Under the pieces are notes generated by a model, which saw only the letters and a list, made by a program, of their open reading frames with translations, was not told the DNA's origin and did not search any database. Of a DNA stretch of 54,731 nt, positions 28,591 to 37,829 are shown piece by piece. Each line of letters opens with the position of its first letter. Within the stretch, counting starts at the first letter, position 1. Location of the stretch: assembly GCA_017507285.1 (NCBI GenBank), contig JAFWBF010000155.1, positions 1 through 54,731 of the forward strand, written 5' to 3'. Both the position numbers and the translations under genes were made by a program. The stretch is from Bacteroidales bacterium. Its GTDB lineage: Bacteria > Bacteroidota > Bacteroidia > Bacteroidales > P3.

Positions 28591-28634
28591 AAAAGTTTTT
28601 TGATGTAAACATAAAAGTTTTTTGATGTAAAGTA
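28591..28634 (+). repeat. two 22-bp tandem units AAAAGTTTTTTGATGTAAA
   Basis: Units at 28591-28612 and 28613-28634 differ only in their last three bases. The TGATGTAAA core resembles the CGTGATGTA family. Confidence 0.85.
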
Positions 28635-28692
28635 AAATCTCTTTAAGTCAACTTATGAATAATGCTTTGAAAGGGAGATGTGTCGTTTGTGG

Positions 28693-28776
28693 GAGACGTA
28701 CCGTTTTTTTTTGATTTTTTGAGACGTGCCGTTCGTAGAGACGCGCCGCGGCACGTCTCTTATTGCGGAACGTCTC
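28693..28776. repeat. GC-rich cluster of five GAGACGYGCC / ACGTCTC motifs (3 direct, 2 inverted) including an 11-bp hairpin
   Basis: gagacgt at 28693 and 28721, gagacgc at 28738, and inverted acgtctc at 28753 and 28770. agagacgcgcc / ggcacgtctct forms a near-perfect palindrome. Confidence 0.75.
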
Positions 28777-28851
28777 TTATTACGTCGCATTTCTATGGTT
28801 GCATTGTATTTGCACACATACAATATATACGCATAGTGCGTTTCTTATCGC

Positions 28852-30231
28852 TTAAAAGAAAACCAGTCGGCTAAAGTCGTGCCACACCTCGTTGGCTGCT
28901 TCTATAATTTGGTTGGCTGTTACTTGCAGTATATCGTTGTTTATCTCCTCTATGGTGTCCACCTTGCCGAAAGTCATAAAAGCTTTTCCCATGCTTTGCA
29001 TCTCGCTTAGTGCCGATTCGGCATTTATGGCCACTTGTCCTATAAGCTGTTGTTTGGCGGCGTTTAGCTGTGTTGGCGATAGCTTTTGGGTTTTCAGTCG
29101 GTTTATTTCGTGGGCTATAAGTTCGTTTATCCTTTCCCTAAAGTCGGCATCCATGGCGGCGTATATATAAAATATTCCGGTGTCGCTCATAGGGTTGTAT
29201 TGCGATTCTATGTTGTAGCACAAGCCATACTTTTCTCTTATGCCCATATTCAGCCTCGAGTTTAGAGCCGGTCCGCCCAATATGTTGTTCAGCAGCGAAA
29301 AAGCCACCTTTTTGTCGCTATGGGTGTTGTAGGCAGGGCAGCCTATCAGGGCATGGGCTTGGTGGATATGTTTGTTTTTTTCTATTTCAAACTGTATGTA
29401 TTGGTTTGGGGCGGTGCGTTGGCCGGCAGTGGTGTGGGGGGCTATATGGCCAAAGTGTTTCTCGCACATCGCCACCACTTTTTCGAACGCCGTGTTGCTC
29501 ACTATCGATATCACCATCTTATCGGTGGTGTAGTTTTGTTTTATAAATGTGCTTAGGTGCTTACCTGTGGTTTTGCGTATGTTTTTGGCGTTGCCCAATA
29601 TGTTGTGGGCAAGGCTGTGAGTGCCAAAAAACTGTTCTTCAAACTCGTCGAATATCAGTTCCGAGGGGGTGTCTTTATACGAGTTTATCTCGTCGAGTAT
29701 CACGTCGCGTTCTTTTTCTATCTCCTTTTCGGGAAAGGTGGAGTTGAACAATATGTCGGCAAACAGCTCGAGGCAGCGGTTCAAATGTTTGTCCAATGCC
29801 GAGGCATACACGCAGGTTTCTTCCTTGGTGGTGTAGGCGTTCAGCTCACCACCAACGCCATCGATGCGGTTCAGTATGTGATATGTCTTGCGTCGGGTGG
29901 TGCCTTTAAAGATGGCGTGTTCGATAAAATGGGCTATACCTTCGTTGTGCTTGTTTTCGTCGCGCGAACCAACGTTGATAAACACCCCGCTATGAGCCAC
30001 CATACTGCGTGTAGCTTTATACACTATGCCTATCCCATTGGCCATTCGGTGGTAGTTATACACTGCTTCGGATATTATTTTATTATTAGTTTTCAACAAA
30101 TTATTGTATTTATATGTTGTTTCTATAAAACGCAAAGTTACACTTTTTTTTTGGATAATGTCCAAATTATTTTGTGTTTCGAGCAAATAAATGCCAAAGA
30201 GGTATTTGAGGCGATATGTATTTGACAACAT
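28852..30231 (-). CDS. M16-family (insulinase/pitrilysin-like) zinc peptidase
   Basis: HFIEHAIFKG carries the inverted HxxEH zinc motif. The true start is probably internal (TTG near 30096 or ATG at 30045), because the ORF-track start leaves only 20 bp before the divergent glgB. Confidence 0.85.
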   Translation of the reverse strand: MLSNTYRLKYLFGIYLLETQNNLDIIQKKSVTLRFIETTYKYNNLLKTNNKIISEAVYNYHRMANGIGIVYKATRSMVAHSGVFINVGSRDENKHNEGIAHFIEHAIFKGTTRRKTYHILNRIDGVGGELNAYTTKEETCVYASALDKHLNRCLELFADILFNSTFPEKEIEKERDVILDEINSYKDTPSELIFDEFEEQFFGTHSLAHNILGNAKNIRKTTGKHLSTFIKQNYTTDKMVISIVSNTAFEKVVAMCEKHFGHIAPHTTAGQRTAPNQYIQFEIEKNKHIHQAHALIGCPAYNTHSDKKVAFSLLNNILGGPALNSRLNMGIREKYGLCYNIESQYNPMSDTGIFYIYAAMDADFRERINELIAHEINRLKTQKLSPTQLNAAKQQLIGQVAINAESALSEMQSMGKAFMTFGKVDTIEEINNDILQVTANQIIEAANEVWHDFSRLVFF

Positions 30232-30251
30232 AAAACAAAAAAAACTGAATA

Positions 30252-32240
30252 ATGAAGATAGTAGATAACGACCCTTGGTTGCAGCCCGTTGTGGCTAAGA
30301 TAGAAGCGCGGCACCAAGCCTATGTTGATAGGAAACGGAATATAGAAGAACATTATGGCAGCCTTTACCACTATGCAGGTTGGCACCACCGGATGGGCTT
30401 TAGCTATAGCCCCGAAGATGGTTGCTGGTATTTTAGAGATTGGTTACCGGGTGCATCGGAGGTGTATCTTACGGGGTCGTTTGCCCATTGGGAGCCCTGT
30501 CGCTATCCTTTGAAAAGGTGCGAAGGTGGGGAATGGGAGGTGGCAATAGCCGATGCCGACTTGGCCAACGAAGAGGTGATGCTGTATGTGAAAGGACCAC
30601 AGGGATATAGCATGCACATACCGGCTTTTGCCAATTATGCCACACAAAACCCCGATACCAAGGCTTTTGTGGCTAAGGTGTATGTGCCTCAAAAGCCTTT
30701 CGATTGGCAAGGCGATAGAGGAATATCGTTGGCCGATAAGCAATTGTTTATCTACGAATGCCATGTGGGTATGGCCACCGAAAGGGAAGCAGTGGGAAGC
30801 TATGCCGAGTTTGAACAGCGTATGATACCTTATGTGAAAAGCTTGGGCTACAATGTGCTGCAGATTATGGCTTTGGCCGAACATCCTTACTATGGCAGCT
30901 ATGGCTATCAGGTGAGCAACTTTTTTGCTCCTTCGTCGAGGTTTGGCACTCCCGATGAACTTAAGCACCTTATACGCACTGCTCATCAAAGCGGTTTGGC
31001 GGTGGTGATGGATTTGGTGCATTCGCATTTTGTGGCAAACACCAACGAGGGGCTTAATATGATAGATGGTACTGCTGACCTTTATTCTCCTCCCGACTCT
31101 CAAGGTCATCATCCTTTTTGGGACACCAAACTATTCGATTATACAAAACCCGAGGTGCAGCGCTTTTTGCTATCCAACATCAGGTATTGGATGGAGGAAT
31201 ATCACATCGACGGCTTTAGGTTCGATGGTGTTACTTCTATGATATATCATCATCATGGCTATATCGACAACTTTGGCACCCACGACAACTATTTCGGTTC
31301 GCAGGTAAACGAGCCTGCCATTACATATCTTATGCTTGCCAACGACCTTATACATACCATAAAACCTGCTTCTGCCACCATAGCCGAAGAGGTGAGTGGT
31401 ATGCCCGGAATAGCAATACCGATAACCGACGGCGGCATAGGCTTCGACTATCGTATGGCAATGGCAATACCCGACTATTGGATAACATTGTTGAAAGATT
31501 ATCGTGATGAGGATTGGAATATGTATAAGCTATGGAATGTGATGAACGACAGGATATGGAATGTGAAAACGGTGGCCTATTGCGAGAGCCATGACCAAGC
31601 CATGGTAGGCGACCAAACCATCGCTTTCCGTCTTATGAACGATGAAATGTATTACTCCATGGAAAAGGAGGTGCATACCATTAATGTGGATAGGGGAGTG
31701 GCATTGCATAAGATGATACGTTTGTTTACCCTCCTGACGGGCGGGCAGGCCTACCTCAACTTTATGGGCAACGAGTTTGGCCACCCCGATTGGATAGACT
31801 TTCCGCGAAAGGACAATGACTGGAGCTACCGTTATGCCCGTAGGCTGTGGCATTTGATAGAAGATGGTGGGCTTAAATACGATTATTTGTTGGAGTTCGA
31901 TAAGGCTATGCTTCAATTTGCCAAGAGTAGGAATGTGATGAGGTTGGATTTTCCAAACCTTTTGCTTTGCGACGAGGAACACAAAACCATAGCCTTTGGC
32001 CGAAACCATTGGGTGGCAGTGTTTAATTGGCATCCAATGCTTTCCGAAGCCAGGTATATCGTGCCTGTAAAACAGCCGGGCAAGTATAGGGTGGTGCTTT
32101 CTACCGACGATGAGCGTTTTGGTGGCTTTGGCAGAATAAACAAGGAGGTGGAATACCTATCGCATACCTACAAAAAAAGGCACTACATATCGGTGTATAA
32201 TACCAATCGTAGTGCCAATATCTTCGAACGAGTAGATTGA
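30252..32240 (+). CDS. glgB: 1,4-alpha-glucan branching enzyme (GH13)
   Basis: GH13 conserved regions VVMDLVHSH, DGFRFDGVTSM, IAEEVSGMP and YCESHDQ. The 662-aa form is of the eukaryote-like branching-enzyme type. Confidence 0.92.
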   Translation: MKIVDNDPWLQPVVAKIEARHQAYVDRKRNIEEHYGSLYHYAGWHHRMGFSYSPEDGCWYFRDWLPGASEVYLTGSFAHWEPCRYPLKRCEGGEWEVAIADADLANEEVMLYVKGPQGYSMHIPAFANYATQNPDTKAFVAKVYVPQKPFDWQGDRGISLADKQLFIYECHVGMATEREAVGSYAEFEQRMIPYVKSLGYNVLQIMALAEHPYYGSYGYQVSNFFAPSSRFGTPDELKHLIRTAHQSGLAVVMDLVHSHFVANTNEGLNMIDGTADLYSPPDSQGHHPFWDTKLFDYTKPEVQRFLLSNIRYWMEEYHIDGFRFDGVTSMIYHHHGYIDNFGTHDNYFGSQVNEPAITYLMLANDLIHTIKPASATIAEEVSGMPGIAIPITDGGIGFDYRMAMAIPDYWITLLKDYRDEDWNMYKLWNVMNDRIWNVKTVAYCESHDQAMVGDQTIAFRLMNDEMYYSMEKEVHTINVDRGVALHKMIRLFTLLTGGQAYLNFMGNEFGHPDWIDFPRKDNDWSYRYARRLWHLIEDGGLKYDYLLEFDKAMLQFAKSRNVMRLDFPNLLLCDEEHKTIAFGRNHWVAVFNWHPMLSEARYIVPVKQPGKYRVVLSTDDERFGGFGRINKEVEYLSHTYKKRHYISVYNTNRSANIFERVD

Positions 32241-32241
32241 A

Positions 32242-32607
32242 CTACTTCTTTTTGTGTGTTTTTTTGTCGGTGGTGCTTATTCCGGCTTTCTTTCTGCGAC
32301 GTTCGCGTAGGATGTATACCACACCCATTACCAGCATAAAGTAGAAAAACGAGAAGTAAGGCAGGCTTACTGCTTTGTGCAATAGAGGTAACATCACGTC
32401 CATGTCGCCAAATGGCAGTTGCTGACCGCCTGTGCCTATGGCTATTATCACTGCCGTGAGTACAACAAAGGCTGCCACTATCCACAGCATGGTGCGTTTT
32501 ATGGTTTTAAGTGGGGTGTGATTGGCTATCCAATAGCGGAATATCGACACTGTGAGCCCCGCTGCCAACACATATATTATTATGTCTATTATTTGACTTT
32601 CTTCCAT
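32242..32607 (-). CDS. small integral membrane protein with a lysine-rich tail
   Basis: 121 aa, 3-4 predicted TM helices, C-terminus RERRRKKAGISTTDKKTHKKK. It starts 13 bp after the upstream transporter gene. Confidence 0.55.
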   Translation of the reverse strand: MEESQIIDIIIYVLAAGLTVSIFRYWIANHTPLKTIKRTMLWIVAAFVVLTAVIIAIGTGGQQLPFGDMDVMLPLLHKAVSLPYFSFFYFMLVMGVVYILRERRRKKAGISTTDKKTHKKK

Positions 32608-32619
32608 ATAGTTGTTGTA

Positions 32620-33765
32620 TTAAAAACCTGCTATGGCTGCTATTGCCACGTATGCCCAATGTGCCACAATACCGGCAGTCAAACCACCTATAAAGTGCGA
32701 TAGTATGGCTTTGGAAGTAAGTTTGCGATAACCCATCGAGTCGAGCATGGCGGTGTGTGTGCTAAGGAAACCGCTCCAACACATACCCATGGCTGTAAAC
32801 ACTGCTATGGCGTTGTTGTCGATAAGACCTTCTTGTATAAAGCGAGGTATCAAACCCAATGCGGCACCCACGGCACCCAACGATGTGATAGGGAATGCCA
32901 CAAGTTCGGGGTTGGTGAAACCAAACAACCATTCAAACACAAAGTTTATCTTTCCTGCCAAATAGGGCAATAGAGCCACACCTTCGTAGGCACTGCCTGT
33001 ATATGTGCCGTCGGCCGATGGTCCAAAGGTTAGTATCATTACAAATGTGGATATGATAAGCACGCCGGGAATGATGGCAAGACCTATTTCCACTCCCGAT
33101 TTTCCGCCGTCGAGTATGGCGTTAAGGCCACGTAGGAAAGCACCACCTTCGCTTTTAAACGATATCTCTTGTTCGTTACCGCCCACTGCCACGTCTTCGC
33201 GTAGTTCGGGGTTGTGTTTAAGAGTGAAGTATTGCATCATGCGTGTACTTACTATACTGCCCACAAATGAGCCTATAAGACCTATAACGGCACCGGTGCC
33301 GAAGCCTTTGCCGGCCATAAATGCTATCACCACCAATCCCATACCAAAAGCGGTACCAAAGTTGGTAAGCGACACTATTTGATATTTTTTAAAGTATTGG
33401 CTGAAGTTCTTTTCTTTGGATAATGATATGATGGCGGGGTTGTCGGAAAGGAATGTAAGCACAGCACCCAACGCTGCCACACCGGGTAGGTTGTATAGGG
33501 GTTTCATTAACGGACGTAGTATCACTTCGATAAGGCGAACTACTCCAAATTCGGTAAGCAACTTGCCCAATGCACCTGTAAGCACGGTGATACCCATAAT
33601 GTATAGCACTGTGTTTAGCAACAAATCGTGGGCTGTGGTCATTATTGTGTTCAACATATTGTTCATCGACATCTCATGAGCCAAATAGCCAAAGATGGCA
33701 AAAAACAATGCCAAGAATATTACTGCCTCAATGAGGCGTTTGCTGAGGAAGTTTAATTTTTTCAT
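32620..33765 (-). CDS. nucleoside-recognition (Gate) domain membrane protein, YjiH-like transporter candidate
   Basis: 381-aa polytopic membrane protein. Glycine-rich helices resemble the Gate/nucleoside-recognition fold seen in the FeoB/NupC/SpmA families. This is pattern recognition only. Confidence 0.55.
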   Translation of the reverse strand: MKKLNFLSKRLIEAVIFLALFFAIFGYLAHEMSMNNMLNTIMTTAHDLLLNTVLYIMGITVLTGALGKLLTEFGVVRLIEVILRPLMKPLYNLPGVAALGAVLTFLSDNPAIISLSKEKNFSQYFKKYQIVSLTNFGTAFGMGLVVIAFMAGKGFGTGAVIGLIGSFVGSIVSTRMMQYFTLKHNPELREDVAVGGNEQEISFKSEGGAFLRGLNAILDGGKSGVEIGLAIIPGVLIISTFVMILTFGPSADGTYTGSAYEGVALLPYLAGKINFVFEWLFGFTNPELVAFPITSLGAVGAALGLIPRFIQEGLIDNNAIAVFTAMGMCWSGFLSTHTAMLDSMGYRKLTSKAILSHFIGGLTAGIVAHWAYVAIAAIAGF

Positions 33766-33787
33766 CGTTCTCTAATGTTTTGCTATG

Positions 33788-34927
33788 TTATAGTTTTATG
33801 TATTTCATGAAATTGACACGCCAAGTAAGTCCCATATTAAAGTGAAACTCGTTAGTACCGGCATTCTTTACTGCAAAAAAAGTGTGTAGGCGAACATCTT
33901 TACTATCGTTGATGGGGAAGTATTCGGCTCCTATACCATAGTAGTGATATTCGGTACCGGGGGTTACAAATATGTCCCAATACTCCGATTCAGGTATGTA
34001 TATCGGGTTGCCGTTTGCATCTATGGTTTGTGCTTTGTTTACATCGTAGCCTCCTTTAGCAAAGAGGTTCCATTTCTCGTTCATATTCCATTCCATTTTG
34101 GCTATAACGGAGTAGTCGTCGCCAAAAAAGTGTTCTTGCTTGTCGGTGGCACGGTTCATAATGTCAATATAGCAGTTAAAGTTGTCGAGAACAAGTTTGT
34201 TGCCCAAGGCTATATAGTTTATGTAGCTGCCTCTTTTGTATTCTACCATATTCACCGAGTATATGGTTTTGAAGTGCTCAAAGTTGCCAAACCATATCAG
34301 GTTGTAGGCATAAAGGTTTTCCAACGGACTTGAGGTATAGTTGGAGTTGGCAAATTGTAGGCTGATGTTGTGGTTGCCACTATTGTCGGTATAAGTAGCA
34401 GTAACACCAAATTGGTAGCATGTGATGTTGTTCCAAAAATCGGACCAATAGTACACATCAATAGGAGGAGCGTCGTATTCAAAACCACCTATTTGAAACA
34501 CTTGCTTACCTCCCGATATGGAATAGTTTTTGTTGAACTCGTAGGTAAGATAAATCCAATCAGTGCCATCGAATATCGATTTCATACCGGTGTTGGGTAG
34601 TATACGTTGGCGGAAGTTGTACGAAAACTTATCGGTAATATTGCCGGCCATTGCAATGTTGATATACTTACCCGAAAATCCACCTAGGGTATTTAGAGTA
34701 GTATCCTCGTAAGATTGACAATCGTAGTCGAATCTGCTTTCGAAACGCAGTGTATTTAGGATAGGTTTCGATTCGTTTTGTGCATATACACTTCCCGTAA
34801 GAAATATTGCAATAATAGCATAAAATGCTTTTAATCTGTTTTTTGTGTTCACTTTTGATTGTATTTTATATTCACTAAGTGAGTGCAAAGGTACAACTTT
34901 TTTGTGTAATAAAAGTCGTATTCTCAA
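33788..34927 (-). CDS. outer-membrane beta-barrel porin
   Basis: Signal-like segment AFYAIIAIFLTGSVYAQ, alternating aromatic/polar beta-strand pattern, and a C-terminal WRVNF. The start is uncertain (the ORF track uses TTG at 34927; a GTG near 34852 is also possible). Confidence 0.65.
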   Translation of the reverse strand: MRIRLLLHKKVVPLHSLSEYKIQSKVNTKNRLKAFYAIIAIFLTGSVYAQNESKPILNTLRFESRFDYDCQSYEDTTLNTLGGFSGKYINIAMAGNITDKFSYNFRQRILPNTGMKSIFDGTDWIYLTYEFNKNYSISGGKQVFQIGGFEYDAPPIDVYYWSDFWNNITCYQFGVTATYTDNSGNHNISLQFANSNYTSSPLENLYAYNLIWFGNFEHFKTIYSVNMVEYKRGSYINYIALGNKLVLDNFNCYIDIMNRATDKQEHFFGDDYSVIAKMEWNMNEKWNLFAKGGYDVNKAQTIDANGNPIYIPESEYWDIFVTPGTEYHYYGIGAEYFPINDSKDVRLHTFFAVKNAGTNEFHFNMGLTWRVNFMKYIKL

Positions 34928-35004
34928 ATATTGTGATAAAAAAGTGTAAAATTGACAACAGACAAACAGACTATAATTAGGAACTACGACCTCTATGTGT
35001 GTTT

Positions 35005-35039
35005 AGCTCAAAGCTCATCGCTCAAAACTCAAAGCTCAG
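35005..35039. repeat. heptamer microsatellite (AGCTCAA-like x5) spanning the cdd stop codon
   Basis: agctcaa agctcat cgctcaa aactcaa agctcag. Confidence 0.8.
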
Positions 35040-35492
35040 TGGCAGCAATGTATTGATACCTTCAAGTATGATTATCTTGTTGTTGCCACTATATAGTATT
35101 ATTCTTATTTTTTGTTTTCCGAGTGTTTCGTATTCGTATAATGTTTGCCTGCAAGCACCGCAAGGCAATGCAGCACACCATTGGTTGCTACTGTTTTTGC
35201 CTATTACGGCTATTGCCTCCACTGTGGTGTGGGGGTTGTTGGCCATAGCCGAAAATAGTGCCACGCGTTCGGCACATAGCCCCGATGGGTATGCTATATT
35301 TTCTTGATTGTTGCCCGGCACTATCTTGCCGTTGCTTAGCTTTACGCCGGCGCCTACTTTAAAACCACTATATGGCGAGTAGGCTTTATCTGCAGCCAAC
35401 ATGGCTTGAAGTAGCAATTCTTTGTCAGATACAGACAATTCTTCGATGGAATTGTATTCTTCGTATTCTATTTTTATACTTTTTCTGGTCAT
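35022..35492 (-). CDS. cdd: cytidine deaminase
   Basis: Zinc motifs CAERVALF and PCGACRQ. The 156-aa length is typical. Confidence 0.92.
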   Translation of the reverse strand: MTRKSIKIEYEEYNSIEELSVSDKELLLQAMLAADKAYSPYSGFKVGAGVKLSNGKIVPGNNQENIAYPSGLCAERVALFSAMANNPHTTVEAIAVIGKNSSNQWCAALPCGACRQTLYEYETLGKQKIRIILYSGNNKIIILEGINTLLPLSFEF

Positions 35493-35518
35493 TTGTTTAC
35501 TATTATGATTAAATGATG

Positions 35519-35526
35519 TATCTTTG
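35519..35526 (+). promoter_or_regulatory. -7 promoter box (TAnnTTTG) upstream of dusB
   Basis: TATCTTTG lies about 80 bp upstream of the ATG at 35608. Confidence 0.5.
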
Positions 35527-35607
35527 CAATGTTTTTCTATAACGCAGAAAGTGTTATAAAAGTATGGTAGTAAGTATTATTGATTAATAAAAAGTAGAAT
35601 AACAATT

Positions 35608-36588
35608 ATGGTAAAAATAGCAGATATAGAGATAGGAGAGTTTCCGCTTATATTATCGCCGATGGACGATATTACAGATTTGCCTTTTCGTTCGATATGT
35701 AAGCCTTATGGGGTTGATATGCTTATTACCGAGTTTATAGCAGCCGATGGTATAATACGCGAAGCCGATAAAAGTCGTAAAAAGATGACATTTGTAGAAA
35801 CAGAGCGACCTATTGCTGTTCAGATATTTGGCCACGATTTGGATTCGCTATTGCAGTCGTTGGAGTTTGTGGAGGCTGTAAATCCCGACTTTATAGATAT
35901 CAATTGGGGGTGTCCGGTAAAGAAGGTGGCAGGTCGTGGTGCAGGTTCGGGTATATTGAAGGATATTCCCAAGATGATAGCCATAACAGAAGCATTGGTT
36001 AAGGCTTCGAAACTGCCCATCACTGTAAAAACGCGTATAGGCTACGAAGAAACTAATAAGCCTATAGTGGAAGTGGCCGAACGTTTGCAAGACATAGGTG
36101 TGAAAGCCATAAGTATACACGGACGTACTAAAACACAGATGTATAAAGGCGAAGCCGACTGGACTTTGATTGGTAAGGTGAAAGAAAATCCACGTATGAC
36201 GATACCTGTTTTTGGCAATGGCGATGTAACTTCGGCCGAGATAGCATTGGATATGAAAAACAGATATGGAGTAGATGGTATATTGATAGGACGAGGGGCT
36301 ATAGGTAATCCATGGATATTTGAACAGACAAAGAGAGTGTTGTCAGGGCAAATTCAGCGTGATATAACTATCGAAGAGCGAGTGGAGGTGTGTAAAAAGC
36401 ATCTGCGTGCTGCCATACAATGGAAAGGCGAACGCACTGCAATAATGGAGATGCGTAAGCATTATGGAGGCTACTTTAAAGGTATTCCCGACTTTAAGCA
36501 GTTTCGTATACCATTGGTAACCTATACTACAATAGAAGAATTGTTGCCAATATTTGATGCAGTGGTTGATTTTTATTCAAAGCAATAG
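35608..36588 (+). CDS. dusB: tRNA-dihydrouridine synthase
   Basis: Dus-family TIM-barrel motifs (LSPMDDITDLPFR, INWGCPVKKV, SIHGRT, GNGD, IGRGA). Confidence 0.9.
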   Translation: MVKIADIEIGEFPLILSPMDDITDLPFRSICKPYGVDMLITEFIAADGIIREADKSRKKMTFVETERPIAVQIFGHDLDSLLQSLEFVEAVNPDFIDINWGCPVKKVAGRGAGSGILKDIPKMIAITEALVKASKLPITVKTRIGYEETNKPIVEVAERLQDIGVKAISIHGRTKTQMYKGEADWTLIGKVKENPRMTIPVFGNGDVTSAEIALDMKNRYGVDGILIGRGAIGNPWIFEQTKRVLSGQIQRDITIEERVEVCKKHLRAAIQWKGERTAIMEMRKHYGGYFKGIPDFKQFRIPLVTYTTIEELLPIFDAVVDFYSKQ

Positions 36589-36603
36589 ATATGGTTGAAA
36601 ATA

Positions 36604-36691
36604 CATCGCGATGAATTTACAATAACCTCGTGATGTTGATACAGCAACCTCGTGATGTAGCAACAAAATCATCACGAAGGAGTTTTGTTGT
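36604..36691 (+). repeat. four 22-bp units of the CCTCGTGATGT family (outer units degenerate, the last one inverted-like)
   Basis: catcgcgatgaa at 36604, cctcgtgatgtt at 36626, cctcgtgatgta at 36648 and catcacgaagga at 36670. Spacing is exactly 22 bp. Confidence 0.85.
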
Positions 36692-36696
36692 ATATT

Positions 36697-36734
36697 TTAA
36701 ATAAAAAATCCCCAACTTCGACGAGTTGAGGATT
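36697..36734 (-). terminator. Rho-independent terminator for the minus-strand hot-dog / CoA-transferase pair
   Basis: Stem aatccccaact / agttgaggatt (one mismatch), followed by a U-rich run on the minus strand. Confidence 0.6.
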
Positions 36735-36771
36735 CAATACGTTATGTTATGAAACTAAAGTAACGAGTGTG

Positions 36772-37161
36772 CTAGTTTTTACGTTGACAATTTTTAGGTG
36801 TAACGCAAGTTCCTATTGCAGTACAAACTACTATAGGTTCTTCAAGAAAATCGGCAGCAGAGTCTGAAATATCCGGTCTTGCTACAGCTACTTTTCTTGC
36901 TTCGAATTTCATTTTACGAGAAGAGTTGCCTTCCGAAATTATTTCGCCTACAGCTTCGATATAATCGCCTGCATAAACAGGGGCAAGGAATTTTATATCT
37001 TCGTATCCGGCAAAAAGACCTTCGTCGCCGTCGCGTTTTATTAAAAGTTCGGTAGCTACGTCGCCAAACAAATGTACCATGTGAGCACCGTCAACCAAGT
37101 TGCCACCATAATGAGCATCTTTTGCACTCATTCTCAATCTTATCATTGATGTTATTGCCAT
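36772..37161 (-). CDS. hot-dog fold protein resembling 3-aminobutyryl-CoA ammonia-lyase (Kal) of the lysine fermentation pathway
   Basis: 129 aa. From memory, [19 protein letters not shown] and [11 protein letters not shown] match Kal-type hot-dog proteins. Confidence 0.5.
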   Translation of the reverse strand: MAITSMIRLRMSAKDAHYGGNLVDGAHMVHLFGDVATELLIKRDGDEGLFAGYEDIKFLAPVYAGDYIEAVGEIISEGNSSRKMKFEARKVAVARPDISDSAADFLEEPIVVCTAIGTCVTPKNCQRKN

Positions 37162-37181
37162 GTTATTTATATTTTTTAGTG

Positions 37182-37829
37182 TTATTTCTTTATTATATAG
37201 TCAACAAATATGCCCGGCGTTTTAATATGTTCGTGAGCCAATGTTCCGGTCTTAACCATTTCTTGTGGTTCTACTATTACTGTTTCGGCAGCAGTGGCCA
37301 TAAGAGGGCAGAAGTTTTGCGAAGTACCTTTGTATATAAGATTTCCGTCTTCGTCGCTGATGTTGGCACCTATAAGAGCAACATCGGCCTTCAATGGTTT
37401 TTCCAATAAATATTCTTTGCCATCAACGGTAACTTTTTGTTTTCCTTCTTCAACTACAGTACCCAATCCTGTAGGAGTAAGCACACCACCTAATCCTGCT
37501 CCGCCTGCACGTACACGTTCTGCTAATGTTCCTTGAGGACTGAACTCAACATCGAGTTCTCCGGCATTCATTTGATTGATAGTGTCTTCGTTTGTACCAA
37601 TGTGCGATACAATAAGTTTCTTTACTTGGTGGTTCGAGATAAGTTTGCCCACACCGATATTGGGATAAGCAGTGTCGTTGCTGATGAGTGTAAGGTCTTT
37701 TACTCCTTTTGCAGCTAATGCATCAATGACAGACATTGGGGTGCCTACACCCAAAAAACCTCCAACCATAATTGTCATGCCGTCATGTATTTTTTCAACG
37801 GCTTCTTCTACTGTTATAAATTTATTCAT
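37182..37829 (-). CDS. 3-oxoacid / acetate CoA-transferase subunit A
   Basis: [31 protein letters not shown] and SHIGTN are typical of AtoD/ScoA-type alpha subunits. No beta subunit is adjacent. Confidence 0.85.
   Translation of the reverse strand: MNKFITVEEAVEKIHDGMTIMVGGFLGVGTPMSVIDALAAKGVKDLTLISNDTAYPNIGVGKLISNHQVKKLIVSHIGTNEDTINQMNAGELDVEFSPQGTLAERVRAGGAGLGGVLTPTGLGTVVEEGKQKVTVDGKEYLLEKPLKADVALIGANISDEDGNLIYKGTSQNFCPLMATAAETVIVEPQEMVKTGTLAHEHIKTPGIFVDYIIKK

Noticed and set aside
28680-28874. 64-aa ORF covering the GAGACG motif cluster.
   Set aside because: It translates the repeated GC-rich motifs (RRAVRRDAPRH), overlaps the 3' end of the M16 gene and has no start context.
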